A stretch of 64,000 bases of DNA from the human T2T-CHM13v2.0 reference genome, Homo sapiens. The notes under the pieces are model-generated. The model did not search any database. It was given only the letters and a program-made list of their open reading frames with translations, and had not been told where the DNA came from. A program made the translations under genes and the position numbers. The stretch is taken from the NCBI RefSeq assembly GCF_009914755.1, contig NC_060932.1; one strand, written 5' to 3'. Shown piece after piece: positions 44,861 through 62,317 of this stretch; the stretch's first letter is position 1; each line of letters begins with the position of its first letter.

Positions 44861-46040
44861 TCTGATACTATGATGATAAATACATAAGTCTAAACTGATA
44901 GAATGTACTATACCAAGAGTGAACCCTTATGTAAATTATTGAGTTTGGATGATGATATGTGAATATAGGTTCATCATTTGTAACAAATGTACCACTCTGG
45001 TGGGGAATGTTGATAATGAAGTTGGCTATTCATGTGTGGGGGAACAGGATATATGAGGAATCACTTGAGTCCTGTAGTAATAAATATTTAGTGAGTGCTC
45101 AATTATTTTGCTAAGCAGGGTTGAGAGTGAATAAATTATTTTTAAAAACATGTTTAAAGAGATTGGGGTCTCTCTCTGCTGCCCAGGCTGGAGTACAGTA
45201 GTGCTATTAAAATGGGAAAGGTTCCTTTGTCCCCCTCATAGGGCATGCGATGGGGCTGTGGCTCGTTTCTTCAGTGCCCCGCTGCTGAAACCTCTAGGGG
45301 AGCATACAGATGGGCAGGCTGTGGGGCTCCAACCATGGCAGTGTCTGGGGTGAATGTTTACAGCTCCTGAAACCCCAGTGGGCATGCGTTACAGGGTGCT
45401 CTTTTAGTTTGCCATCTATAGGTGGCTTGTGTTAACCAGCTCAATTAGACCCTCTACCTTGTCGCAAGGATGGAGGGCTTTCTGTATCCTGGGTTCTCGC
45501 CTTGGTGTACTGGAAGAATCAGATCACATGTGGACTTGGAGAATGAGTGCAAAGTTTCATTGAGTGGAAGTAGCTCTCCGCTGATGGGGGAGCCAGAAGG
45601 GAGATGGTTTTCCCTGGAGTTGGGCAGCTCGGTAGCCAACTGCCTGGTGAAACTCCACCTCGTCCCACCGGTCGATGGCCTGCTGGCGTGCAGGTGCCTG
45701 TCGGTGTGCTCTTCTGCCAATGTTCTCCTCTGGACATCCTCTCCAAAACCAACTGCTTGCACCTTCTTCAGCTGATGTGCTCCTCACAACCTTGTGTCTC
45801 TGCTTTGCTAGGGTCTTGGGTTTTTATAGGTCCAGGATTGGGGTGTGGCAGGAAGGCAGAAGTGCCTGTCCTCACCTAGCTCCATGGGGGTGGAGCCCTA
45901 GCCAGGGACCGCCCTCCTCCACCCAGCACTTCCTTTCCCCACTTCCCTATCATTTAAAGGGACCACACTCTTCCCTTCCCAGCACTCCCGTCTCACTGTC
46001 ATAACTCACCGCAGCCTTGAACTCCTGGACTCAAATGATC
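44861..46040. repeat. Mosaic templated insertion: direct copy of 43429-43634 plus inverted copy of about 44386-44557, later split by an LTR
   Basis: 44861-45062 aligns to the local L1MC piece; about 45075-45207 plus 45996-46040 is the reverse complement of the Alu monomer and its unique 3' flank. Confidence 0.85.
45208..45995 (-). mobile_element. ERV1 solo LTR (LTR27/LTR28/LTR1-group-like)
   Basis: The minus strand starts TGAGACGGGAGTGCTGGGAAGGGAAGAG...; 4-bp TSD CTAT/CTGT splitting an Alu fragment; exact family uncertain. Confidence 0.75.
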
Positions 46041-47284
46041 AAGTTCTTTTAGAGTTCTTAGGATTAAGTTCATAATCTGAAGCATGAACCATAAGGCTCT
46101 GGAGGACCAAAGCTTCATTTAACTCCTTGGCTTCATCCAAAATACATAGATTTCACTCAGTTTTTCACCACCTAGCTCCTTCTTGAATAAGAGCCTTCAC
46201 ATATGCTCTTCTCTTCATTTATAATGCCCCTTCCTCCTCCACTCTTCAGCAGTCTAGTTTTTATTCATCCTCAGGAGCACTTCGAGTCACTTACTCACCA
46301 AAGGTTTCCCCAACTTCCCACATTAGGTGAAGATTCTGTCATTCACTCATATGCTCTCCATATAAGGAAAACCTTTGACAAGACCTTTTAGGCTGCCCAG
46401 CATAAGGGCCAAGCCATTATTTGGCCAATTTTCCAAAGTATATGTTATGGTGAGAAGTAGACCCCAACTCTGGCGATGGAGGTCTAAAAGTAGATGCCTA
46501 TGTTCCCGTCTTTCTTTTCAGCTAGATTACAGATGCATGAGCTGGGTTTACCAAGTCAGATGCACGTGCTTCCAGCTTTAAATGAGATGCTGGCAACCCA
46601 ATGAAGCATGGACAGAAGAGCATTTATTCTCAAGGAGGTGACAGTGGCTGCACCGACATCCAGTTTTAAGGGATCCACAGAGATAGTAATGGCATTGGTA
46701 CTGATGGTGGAATCCTTGATCCAGTTCTGGCAATGTAAGAAGTGCAAGGCACAGATTTTGGTGATGGGTGAAGTTGAGTGTAGTGTTCTCACTAGACTGT
46801 TTCTGTAACTTAATTTTGGCCATGAGTTTGGCCGTGTATCTGACCTTATTCCTGTCCACTTTCTGAGCTTGGTTTCTCAACCTTCCTGCCAAGTGCCTGA
46901 ACTAATACTACATGTCTTTAAAATAAATTATGTTTCTGTTTAAATCAACCAGATTCAGTTTCTATTGCTTGCAACTTAGAACTCTGACTGATAAAAAACA
47001 TCCTTGCCCTTTATAACGTTTACTGTAATTTTAAATAAATATTGATTTCACTGATAACTACGTCTCCCACTACACTATAAGCCTGATGACAATTAGGCCT
47101 CTGCCTATTGTGTGCACCACTGTATCTCTAGTGCCTGGCACAGATCTGTCACACAATAACCACAAAATAAATTTGCTGAATGAAAAAGTAAGTTAATATG
47201 TGTAAAACTCTCTCCACCTAAATGGTGGAGAGAGTAGGGGACAATAGGGCATACAAAGGAAGATCACAAACATAATCCTCCACA

Positions 47285-47574
47285 GGCCAGACACAGTGGC
47301 CCACGCCTGTAATCTCAGCACTTTGGGAGGCCAAGGCAGGAGGATCACTTGATGCCAGAAGTTTGAGACCAGCCTGTGCAACATAGCAAGATCCTGTTTC
47401 TACAAAAAATTTAAAAATTAGCCAGGCATGGTGGCACACGCCTATAGTCCCAGCTACTCAGATGGCTAAGGCAGGAGGATAGCTTGGCCACAGGAGTTTA
47501 AGACTGCAGTAAACCATGATCATGCTACCACACTCCAGCCTGGATGACAGAGTGAAATCCTGTTTCTAAAAAAA
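47285..47574 (+). mobile_element. AluJ
   Basis: Full dimer with J diagnostics (GGAGGATCACTTGA, AACATAGCAAGA, GGAGTTTAAGACTGCAGT). Confidence 0.9.
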
Positions 47575-47629
47575 CCCCTAAAATTCTCAACAGAAATTTT
47601 AAAAAAATTCTCAATAGAAAACAGAAGGT

Positions 47630-47940
47630 TATAATGGATTAAAGTGATTATACACAGACAGACATATACATATGTCTGTCTATATATACACATATATACA
47701 TGCAAACTCATGTGAGCCAAACTCATGAGGTCCATTATGAGCACCTATGGCCCATGTATATATGTGTATATATATGTCTGTATAGTGTTTCTTTCCCTGG
47801 GCAAAGTTGAGCCCCTGTGTATTTATATATGTCTATATATATGTATGTCTATATACTATGTATGTCTGTGTATAATCACTTTAATTCATTATACCTACAT
47901 ATATATGTATATGTGTGAGTTTGCATGTATATATGTGTAT
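47630..47940. repeat. TA-rich block with two dispersed inverted-repeat pairs
   Basis: 47630-47660 vs 47863-47893 (30/31) and 47686-47710 vs 47916-47940 (25/25). Confidence 0.85.
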
Positions 47941-48638
47941 TGATATTATATATATATACACACACACATATGTGTGTGTGAGAGTGTGAGCTAATGAATG
48001 ACCATTATGTAAGATAGAATGTGAAAAGTGTTGGAAAGATAGAAAGATCAAAAGGGAAAACAACAGAGGGCCTTTTGAAAGAGGTCCTTTTCAGGCAGGA
48101 TCTTAAAGCACAGATCAAATTTGGATATTCAAAAGTTTAAGGAGGGAGTCTGGACAAATGGAGGGATGAACAAAAGCACAGAGATCAGAATGTGCAGAGT
48201 TATGAGGCATAACAAGTTGTCCAGTTTCTCATTTACTTAGGACTCAATGGGCAGCCATCGAAAGCTATTAGGAAGGAAAATGACATGTCTAGGCTGTGCT
48301 TTGATAAAGTCAATGTCCCAGAACTATTTAAAATTTACCAGCAGATAAAAGGACTAGACTCAATGAAATCAGATATTCAAAAAAAAAAAAAAAAGAAGAG
48401 GTAATAGGGCATTAAGTCATAGGAATAAATGCATAGGACAGATATATGAGTTATCAAAGAAGCAAGATTGCAAAGATATGAACGCTGGATATGGAAGTAC
48501 AATAGAAGAAAGGTAGTTTTGTAAAATGAAATTAAAAGCTGAATAACTGGGAATATGGTAATAGCAAGAACAGAAGGAAGAAAAAAAAGTAAAAGGTGAA
48601 GTTTCGTAGAGAAAGATAAAATTGCCTATAAGATACAT

Positions 48639-48995
48639 TGTATTAGTCTGTTCTCATGCTGCTAATAAAGACGTACCCAAGACCGGGTAATTTATAAAGG
48701 AAAGAGGTTTAATTGACTCACAGTTCCACATGGCTGGGGAGGCCTCACAATCATGGCAGAAGACGAAGGAGGAGCAAAGGGACATCTTACGTGGTGGCAG
48801 GGAAGAGAGCTTGAGGGGAACTCCCCTTTATAAAACCATCAGATCTCATGAGACTTACTATCACAAGAACAGCATGGGAAAGACCCACCCCTATGACTCA
48901 ATTACCTCCCACTGGGCCCCTCCTACAACACATGGGAATTATGGGAGCTACAACTGAAGATGAGATTTGGGTAGAGACAGAGCCAATCTGTATCA
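48639..48995 (-). mobile_element. THE1B/C MaLR solo LTR
   Basis: TGTATTAGTCTGTTCTCATGCTGCTAATAAAGAC...GAAGATGAGATTTGGGT...TATCA. Confidence 0.9.
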
Positions 48996-49599
48996 TATGC
49001 TGAGCTTAAAGTAGATGTGCATTCCAACAGACAATAGAAGTAGAGGTCTGAAGTTTGAGAGAGAAATCAGAGTTAGGAGCGTAGATTAGGGAGAGAAGCA
49101 GATAGTGTCATTGCTTTCCCAGATTCCTTCAAATCCCTTTACACCATTTCTGTGCACCTGTCTTCCCACTTTGGTGTGGATTCCATTGTCAACACCTAGG
49201 GCTCATTTTTGGAAGTCAACCTTGAGCTCCTGGAGGTGCACTGCCTGCATGTGCAAAAAACTGGAAGAGTTTGGAGTCTATGCTCCTCCTTCCCTTTCCT
49301 CCTTAGCCTTTGACAGTGATAGATAGGCAAAGACATGAAGACATAAGAAAGCCTTGCATCAGATTGTGCAACACTGAGTCGTAACTTACATTCCAGTTTT
49401 TCTGCTGGATTAGGCTGACTTTTGCCTGAGGTCATACTCTTGCCTGGCTTCCTCTCCCTTGTCCTGCTTTACTTACCGTTTTTGTATGTTTGTTTGTTTT
49501 TTCAGACTCAGCACAAGAGTACTTCTTTAATCAATCACTTGCACATTAATCCATATCTCAGGGTCTGCCTCTGGGGAGCCAGGCTGAAGACAGGGAGTG

Positions 49600-52530
<2,931 letters not shown>

Positions 52531-53169
52531 TACTTGTTGCTGTTTTTGATGATAAGGGAAGCATACATATTCAAAGAGAAAGGCTGTGTATAAAGCAAAA
52601 ATTGAACATTGAGGAGACAGAAAAGAAAATTAAGAATGAATTTCCTAAGAAAAATACAAAGGGGAAATGATAAAAAGCTGAGATGGGGCTCAACTTTGCC
52701 TAGGAAAAGAAACACTTCTTATGAAACATGAAGTAGCATAGGAACAACGATGAAGCATAGAAATTTAGATGCAGTGTTCAGTTCGTCAGCTGATTTTACT
52801 TGAGTTTCTATTATATAATGTGAATAAAACTCAGCTGTTTCCTCCAGTGGGGAAGAAGGGGATGGAGGAGGGGAAGAGTGAAGTGTGATTCCCAGCACGG
52901 TGCCTCCCCACTCCACTGCCAAAAAAGAAATCTTTCCAAATCCTGTAACTCCTGAGCTTTTCATATTCTTGATAGAATTGTGGGTTTATAGATTGTCTAA
53001 GGAGATCACAGTCGGGCCACTTTAAAACTTCTGGTGGTCTGATTCACAGCTCATGTTGCTATCTGATATCTACCATCTCCTGGTGCCTCCACTGAACTTT
53101 TTGATTTAATACCCTGTTACACAACACTAGCAAGCAATAGGAGACAAGTAAAAACACAATTTCAATTCA

Positions 53170-53850
53170 ATGATATACGTTCTCTGTGTGGATTATGCAC
53201 AGCAGGTTATAGAAACACACTGGGTGACAGGGGGCCCTACATAATCTTGAATGGGCAGAGAAAGGCTGCCAGAAATATCTGTCCCTGTGACCCAAAATAT
53301 ACAGAAAATAGGTTGAGGATATGGGAGTGGTAAGAAGAAAGGATATCCTGCAAAAGAGAGGAGAATGTGTAAAGGTTGGAGGCAGGAGGTATTGAAGATG
53401 TAGGTGGATCAACAAGGCTGGTGAGGTGGGAGGGCTCATCAGAAGCCACTTGCCAGAAATACCTTGAATGCACTCCAGGGCATCTGTAATTGATCCTGAG
53501 AAAAGTAAGGAATTGGAGGCGTTTTAAGTAGAGGGGTGACTGATAAATTTTCTGTTGAGAGATCATTCAGATAGCAGTGCAGAGGATATAAGAGAGGGAA
53601 ATTCACTGTCAGAAGCATATTCCTTCTGAGAAGAGCATTCACTGTGAGAGGGATAGTGAGTCAGAACAGTGGAATGGAAAGTGCATATATTCTAGAAAAT
53701 AAAATGGTAGAACTGCCAGAACCTGGTGACTGATTAAATATGTGTCATGAGAAGGAGGTACCAAGGGAAACACCCAGGTGTTTGTCTTGGATAACTGGAT
53801 TGATGGCAGTGTGAAACAAGTATTACTGGCTAGATGTCCTAAAACTTCTT
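53170..53850 (+). mobile_element. L2 fragment
   Basis: Purine-rich degenerate L2 body; boundaries approximate. Confidence 0.5.
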
Positions 53851-54807
53851 GTAAGCTAAAAGAAACTATGGAAGGGTGGAACAGTCTAGATTTGTTTTCA
53901 TTCGCTGAACATAAGCCTACTTGTGACAGGCACAAGGACAGGTAAAACAAAAGAAGCTATGGGATAAGAACTGAGAGAAATATTGCCAGGCATGGGGGTG
54001 GCAGTGGGGGAGGCGGGGGGAGGTAAAAGGAAAATGACCTTTTAGGGGATTAGATCACATGAATTAGTAGTGGAACCAAGAGTCTTCATTATGACCTTCT
54101 TTCAGCAACCCTGGGCAGTGTGATGAATGATTCAGAGAGGGCAGATGTAGATTGTGGGTTGAACTCTAGCTGAAGAATAAGGAACGGTGAGAGTAAGTTT
54201 AGAGTCAAGTACAAGATGGGAAGAAATGTGGGATCAATACGAGCATCACGAAAATGCCTTCCCATAAGCACAGGCTGGAAGGGGAAGCTAGAAAAGCTAG
54301 AATGGGGCCAATGAGAGAATGCAAGGGATGGTAAGGCTGGAGGCCAAAGAATTGGGGATGAAAGAGAGAAACCAATAGGAGACAGTCATCAGAATGTCAG
54401 TGTCCAAGAGAATGGAAGCATAAAAATTCCCAATAATAAGGTGAGAATTTATTGACTGTAGCAAGTCGTTTTGAGTCAAGATCATTAAAAATATAACAAC
54501 ATGAATGTTGACATTCCATAAAAATGGAGTCCAAAGGAAGTCTATGAGCAGGGTTAAAGTTATGCTGGAAGTCAGGAACCACCGGAACAGGTTGGGAAAA
54601 GAGCAGAAAGTTGAAACTGTTAAGAGCTCATGGTTAGTGTCCTGGAGGAAGAGGCAGAGGAGTGGGGTGGAGTGGAGCTAAGTGCGTTTTCTTCCTTTGA
54701 TTTTAGAGGTGTTGCCTTCACTAGAAGGAAACTGGTATTATCAAGAACAAACAGGTGTTGGTAGCGATCATAAGAGAAAAAAGTGTTCTAGAAAAGAGTT
54801 CTCTTTC

Positions 54808-55101
54808 AGCCAGGCACAGTGGCTCACACCTGTAATCCCAGCACTTTGGGAGGCTGAGGTGGGTGGATCACCAGGTCAGGAGTTCGAGACCAGCCTGGCC
54901 AACATAGTGAAACCCTGTCTCTACTAAAAATACTAAAATTAGCCCGGTGTGGTGGCAGGTGCCTGTATTCCCAGCTACTCAGGAGGTTGAGGCAGGAGAA
55001 TTGCTTGATCCCAGGAGGCAGAGATTGCAGTGAGCCAAGACCACACTATTGCACTTCAGCCTAGGAGACAGAGTAAGACTCTGTCTCGAAAAAAAAAAAA
55101 A
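54808..55101 (+). mobile_element. AluS (Sg-like)
   Basis: Full dimer with A-tail; imperfect TSD AAAAGAGTTCTCTTTC / AAAAGTGTTCTTTTTC. Confidence 0.9.
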
Positions 55102-56853
55102 GTGTTCTTTTTCAAGCAGATAATATGTTACAATAACAGAGCGCTCATTGACAACCTTTTTCATGCCACTGGTCACTGTGGAAGCAGGAAGGAGAGGCAA
55201 AGCAAAGATGGCTGAGGATATGCAGTACAGCAAGGAGGGTGCAGTAAGAGACCCAGTTGAAAGTGTTCTCCTAGGTGGCAATGCTAAAATAAGCTCACTT
55301 GAGGCTCTTCTGAATCATTAGCCCTTCTAGAAACTCCAAGGACGTATTAAATTCACTCACTAAAATATTTTGGGCATAGCGTAGTTGCTGATCATCTCCA
55401 TGATTACTTCTTTGAAGTCTTTCCTTTGAACATTTTTTAAGTGCTTACTGAGAATTCTTAGGCAGAAAATAAAACAGAAAGATCATCCCGTGCCAGAGTC
55501 TGAATACAGACAGGGCTCATCGATCAAACAAATCAATGCAGAAAACTTAAAATTTCCTATTAAATAAACACCACACATTAAATATCAGAAAGTGGTGACT
55601 AAGAGGTGGGGAGAGGAGGGATATACAGAAGGTTTCACCCACACCCTGTTTTGTGGTTTTTACCCGGATGCCACAACCACACCTATGAGTTTCACTTATT
55701 AAAATAATAGAGAAGTAGAGTAACTAGAATCTGCTGAGCAGAGCATAGTGCTAAATACAGTTCCTCAGAGACTGAACCTGACAGGCAAGGTCAGGATTCA
55801 ACTTGGAGAATGTCTGATGAGATTAGCCAATGTTTTTTTCCAACGTGGTCTACCTGTGTGTGCTGATGCATGTAGATTTGGTAGATTTGCTCATCTTTAG
55901 TAGACGAGAAAATTAAGCTCATCTCCTCTGTTGAACTTACAAAATGTTGACGTTAAAACCAACGATAAAATGGAGATAAATGGGGATAAACTAGAGCAGG
56001 AAATTCGAACCATACATAGACTTAAAAAAAAAATCCCCTTAAGCCATTAAAAGGCAATAAGCAATTAGTTTTATACCAGTGAAATCAATAATTAAAAGTT
56101 CTACTTAAAAAAATATAACCCATGCAACATCGTGTGTCCACTGAGCAGTGATAGGCGCCTGTGTAAGGAAAAGAGCTCTCATCATATCAGCTAGCATTTA
56201 AGGAGCTTACTGTGCGCTCAACTCTTTTCATGTTATATGATCTAATGTGAGCATCTATGCCGGTGGATTTCACATCCCCGTTTCACGGACGAGGACACCT
56301 CCGGTGACCTGCAGGGACCCCGCGCCAGTGGCTGCTGCAGCTGACTCATCCGACTCCCACGCGCGACGCTGCCCTAGTGGCGTTTAAAAAAATCCCACTC
56401 GAGTCCCATTTAAAACATAAGCACCCCACTTTTTAAGTGTGACTGGTGACCTCGATTTTACCTTCTGAGTCACAGCACCAAGACCTGTGTATCTGTCAAA
56501 CTGAGCACAGTGGGCGAGGGCGCGCTGTGAGAGCTGGGGAGAAGACAGGTGGAGAGCACAGGTGCAAACTAAGGGGAGGGCTAGAAGGTAAAAATAGCGA
56601 TCAGGGGTATGGGGGTGCGCATGGAGACGCCCGCGGAGCGCTGGCGCTGGCCAGCGGAGCAGGAGGTGAGGTCGGCGGAGCTGGGAGGACCGCGCCTGGC
56701 GGCTGCAATAGCCGCACCTGTGCACGTGATCGCGAGCGGCTCGGGCGCCAGGGCGGAGCGGCGCTCACCTGGGCCCACGTGACGGGGCGGGGCTCGAGGA
56801 GCCCCACGGCCACGCCTCCTCCCGCGCGGCGCGCCCGGAGCCCGCGGAGCTGA

Positions 56854-57498
<645 letters not shown>

Positions 57499-58909
57499 TG
57501 ACTGGGTGACCTGGTGGCTGCCACGCTGTGGAAAGTGGGGCGGGAGGCAACAGGAAGAGGAAGAGGGCTGAGGACTTGAACATGCTTTTTCCCCACTCAC
57601 CCTTGCCATCATTAGTGGCCTTTGGATTGGAAAGAGGAGCTGGGCAGGAGGCAGGGCAAGGAGAAAGGTGAGTTATGTGCCATGCCCTGGGCAGTTTCTA
57701 ATCCAGTGGGTGTGACAATGGTGGGGGAAAGATGGAAACGTGGCTCTCGAGTTCTTCTCTGCCTGCCTTTGCACCTTCTCACTTCCTGGCCTCCTTACGC
57801 AACTCCAAACCTTTTTAGCACACTTTGTTGGGCCCAAGTAAAGGTGGGGTTACCTGCCTGTCGTGCAGCCTTTTTAGGTAGCACTTGAACTTTTTAAATG
57901 GAATTTTATGGAGTTGGAAACTTTCGAAGCTCCTTGTGGACAAGTAGATAATGTGCAAATATAAATTGGGCAACCTGAGGTTGCATCATGCCTGAGAATG
58001 GCAAATAAAAAGTGAAATGTTAGCGAGTTAGTGCCTTTCCGGCAGGCTGGTATTGTTTGCTCGGTTTAGGATTTTCATCTCTCCCCTCACCCTGGCCTTT
58101 GAGCTTGCATAACCTTTATTTGGGTCGCTTTGGTTTCACTTTTGTGCTTGTGGAGCTGGATCACCTTGTGAGCACTGTTCTATTATGCTCAGGTAGCCAC
58201 ACCACCCTAAGTTAAGTTTAGCCCGGATTTGAATCTGAAAGAGGAGACGTGAGTGAGTTGCAGGCTATGACATCAGTAATGGGATCCTGACTGCGAGGCT
58301 GGTTTGAGTTTGAGCCTGGTTCAGAAGCATCTGAGTGCTTGGGATGAGGTGCAGGCATCCATGTGGGAAGAGCGGAGAGACGATGGCATTGGGCTGGCTG
58401 CCTTGCTGTGGGAGGGAGACACGTTTAGAACTGGAAGATCTGCAAAGAACGATTTCTTAGGTTCTCGGCTACTTTATTCCATGTTCTGCAAGCTCCAGTT
58501 TTTTGCCTACCTCTTTGAGAAGTTTTTGCCATATCCGCATTCCACCTGTACTAGAATTTACAGACAGTTCATTGAAATACTTTCTAAACTTCAGTACTTT
58601 TGTCTTTTCTTAAGCAATAATATACATGAAATTTCAAATTTGATATTCTGGTTATATTTTTCTAATGTTTATTCAAATATATGTATGTATGTATGTAAAG
58701 ATACATGTATGTGTATATGTAAATATATATACATGTGTATATGCAAAGAAGGCTTATCCATATGCCCTCTAATCAAATACCATCTCAAGAACCTGTAGTC
58801 ATGTCAGACTTTTAGGAAACAAGGCCTAATTCTGGGGGAAAAGAATAGAAAGTGACTTAGTCAATTTCCCCCTCCCCCTCCCCATTATATCTTTTTTAAA
58901 TCTAGCCCA

Positions 58910-59070
58910 GAGGTTAGTTCTCAATTCTTGCTGTACTTAATAACTTGAACAGCTTTTTAAAATAACTGTTACCAGCCCAGACTAATTAAATCAGAATCTC
59001 TGGGGGAGTGCCAGAGTTCACTAGTTATTTTTTAAAGCTTCCCTGGTGATTCTAATATTCAGAGCCTAGA
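58910..59070. mobile_element. MER5A-like MITE in MAL2 intron 1
   Basis: CCCAGACTAATTAAATCAGAATCTCTGGGG...TTTTAAAGCTTCCCTGGTGATTCTAAT. Confidence 0.7.
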
Positions 59071-60899
59071 GAAGACAGCTCTGCTTTCAGAGATGTGAAT
59101 TCTCTCTATCCGCTAAAACTGCCACCACTCCCCAACCTAGGAGGGATTCCAGACTCACAGAAGTGTCCAATCTAATCCTCTTATCTCATTTCCTCTGGCT
59201 TCTTACATCCTGAAACATGTCTCACACTCTTGGCTACGTAGAACAGCATCACTTCCAAAAGCTTATTAGTTTGCTTCTCTCTTTTTATGGCCAACTCAAT
59301 AAGTTTACATTTTAGGCCCCCTTTATCTCCTTTACTTGAATATCAATCTCCCCCACCCCATTGAAAAATGACCAAAATGTTCCAATGAAACTGGTGACGT
59401 TAGAGAAACAAAACAAGAGACCACACTAGAGTCAAACTATAGCTCCTCGGCTCTCATCCTTTAGGACTGTTTAGAGATATTGGTTTACATGCTTTAAGAG
59501 AGCAGAGATCAAAGCTGGCTTGTTACCCCTCCATTTAGAATACTCATCTTGAGTGGATGTACAGATAGAAGCTAAGTGAACACTTTTGAAGCAACTTAGC
59601 TCCTAGATGTCTCAATTTCCATCTAATTTTCTGATTCTTTTAAAATTGGCCATCTCCCATGGCTCCTCCTCAGAAATTCCTCAACCTGTAAAGTAAATGT
59701 GAGAATTTCCCAGGCACTGTCCTAAATGCTAAGTGATCTCCATTCTGGGGACCCATTATTTTAACCTCTGCCGGTGTTTCTGGATATCCTCAAACTCCAT
59801 TTTAATTTTGACCTTCTGTTCAAATTCGTTTGTCTTTAAGAGTTCTTCATTTCTGTCCCATTGCCTTCTGAAACTTAACATGTGAAAATTGTACCTGACA
59901 AAGGAGGACTGGGCTATCAACAGTTGACTACGCTATTGACACCATGCTCTTGGAGTTTGGTTCTCACACTAACCATTTAACTTGGCTCAAAGTATTCATT
60001 CCCAATTCCCCTTAACGTATTCTATTCACAGCCTGTCAGATATAAGCCATTTGTTGGGAGATATTACAAAATATATAAATAGTGCCAGCCTACGAGCACC
60101 AGGAAAAGCATTATAGCACTGGCTTCTTAAGTGGAGAATATTACAATCTCACGTGCATAGTGATTTTTTTTTTTTTTTTTTTTGAGATAGGGAGATAAGG
60201 TGTGTTCCACTCCTGGATACCTAATTGTCAGCTCTTTGGTTTTGGGCTTAGCAATACTTACCAATGTATGCTTGCCACAGAGTTTAATACTAAGTTAATA
60301 TTGCAAAGCTAAGCCTTTTAGCTTAGAATGGAAGCCATCACCTTCAAAATTCGCACTTTCAAAATCTCACAGTTTTTTGAGTGAATATTTTATAAAAATC
60401 ACTCATCGGGTATTTACTGAATACCTACTATGTGCAAGGCACTCCTCTGGGAACAAAGATGTTTAAACCCTTCCTCACCAGAAAGACCTATAACCTAGTT
60501 GAGAGTATAGTCACAAAAGTAACTACCATTCAGGGAAGAAAGAATTAAGTATGGGAAGTGAACTGCAGCTAAAACATTTTCCAGGTGGGTCTATCTACTT
60601 TAAAAAATAACATGGGATCATCTGCACTATTGGGCTGAACAAGATATTTAGGATCCCTGCTCTCAATGAGCTTATCTTGTAAAATGCACAAGAAAAATTG
60701 AATTTTTAATAGTATTAATCACGAAAAAGAATACAGATAATCATTGAATTCATTGTGTTTTATTTTGCAGTTTTAGTGTTTAAGAAACTACTTATATTCC
60801 CCAAGTTATTCATTCACATTTATCTTTGTGGGAGATACTCTAGGATTCTTATTCACATGCTTCTAACTGCAGTGTTTTGGGTGCCATAGTAATTTTCAT

Positions 60900-61600
60900 T
60901 TACTCAGCTTATAATTAAGAACATACTATGCATCAAGCCTTCTTTTATGCCCTGAAAATAGAGTAACTAACATGGCTCCTGCCCTTAAAAGAAATTACTG
61001 TTTGGTGGAATATAAAGTCAAGAAAGAATTACCATGCTGTGTATGAAGTGCTAATATAGGTTTATAAAAAGTATTGTGGAACAGCAGGATAGAGTACATC
61101 TGACTTCTGGAGAGGTCAGAACAGGCAGCTTTAATGAGGTGGGGACATTTGAGGTTAGCCTTCAATAATGAGCCATGGTTCATTAGAAAATGGGAAAGAG
61201 AATTCCAGGTAGAAACAAGGACACGTACAAACACAGAGACAAGAAGGACAATGGCAAGAACGTTCTGTCAGTTGTGAGATTTTGGTGGGCCGTGGCAGAA
61301 AAAGGAAAAACAGCAGGTAGGACTCAGGTTCTGGTTTGCTGAGAAATGCTAGGCCAAGGCATTGGATTTATTGTCTGATGGAAAGCTGTGAAGGACAGAG
61401 AGAAACTTGATCCAGCTTGTGTCTTAGAAACCTTTGAGTGATGAAGTTTGGTTGTAAAACAAAGGGACTGAAGGCAGGAAGAGCAGTTAGGGGGCTTATT
61501 GCAATAGTTTAGATAAGGGATGAAAAGAACCTGAAATAGAACCAATGAAAGAAGGATGGAGAAGGAGAGAGAGAGGTTTGAGGTTTGGGAAGTCAATTAA
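60900..61600 (+). mobile_element. L2 fragment in MAL2 intron 1
   Basis: Degenerate L2 motifs (GGGACATTTGAGG..AGCCTTCAA, CAGTTAGGGGGCTTATTGCAATAGT). Confidence 0.6.
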
Positions 61601-61977
61601 GTATGTAAAGTTTGACTTGCCCCAAAGTGATACCTAGACTAAACTTAAATATAAGATGTAACTCAGAGGAATTATGCCAGAAAAACAAATGTTAATGAAA
61701 GGATGATTGTGAGGGAGGGACTTTAGGGGAGGCAGGTTCAGTCATGCAGATAAATCTATGAAAGGGACTTCAGGTTATTTTCAACTGAGAGCTTTGACTT
61801 TGGACTAGTAACATGTATATGTTCTGATGTATAGAGTTTATTGCCTGGAAAATAAATGTTGACTGTGAAGGGACATTGCTTATTTGCAGTGTGCAAGAGG
61901 GAGCTGTCCATGGACATAGTTGTCCCCTAAATGGGTTTTAAAACTGTAGGTATTTTTTTTCCTTTGCCTCTGGATTA

Positions 61978-62317
<340 letters not shown>

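Noticed and set aside
45150-46004. Cluster of 67-109 aa ORFs
   Set aside because: They lie within an ERV1 solo LTR and Alu fragment; no gag, pol or env similarity recognised.
53995-54025. G-rich stretch as a G-quadruplex
   Set aside because: Only three long G-tracts, in decayed repeat context; too weak to call.
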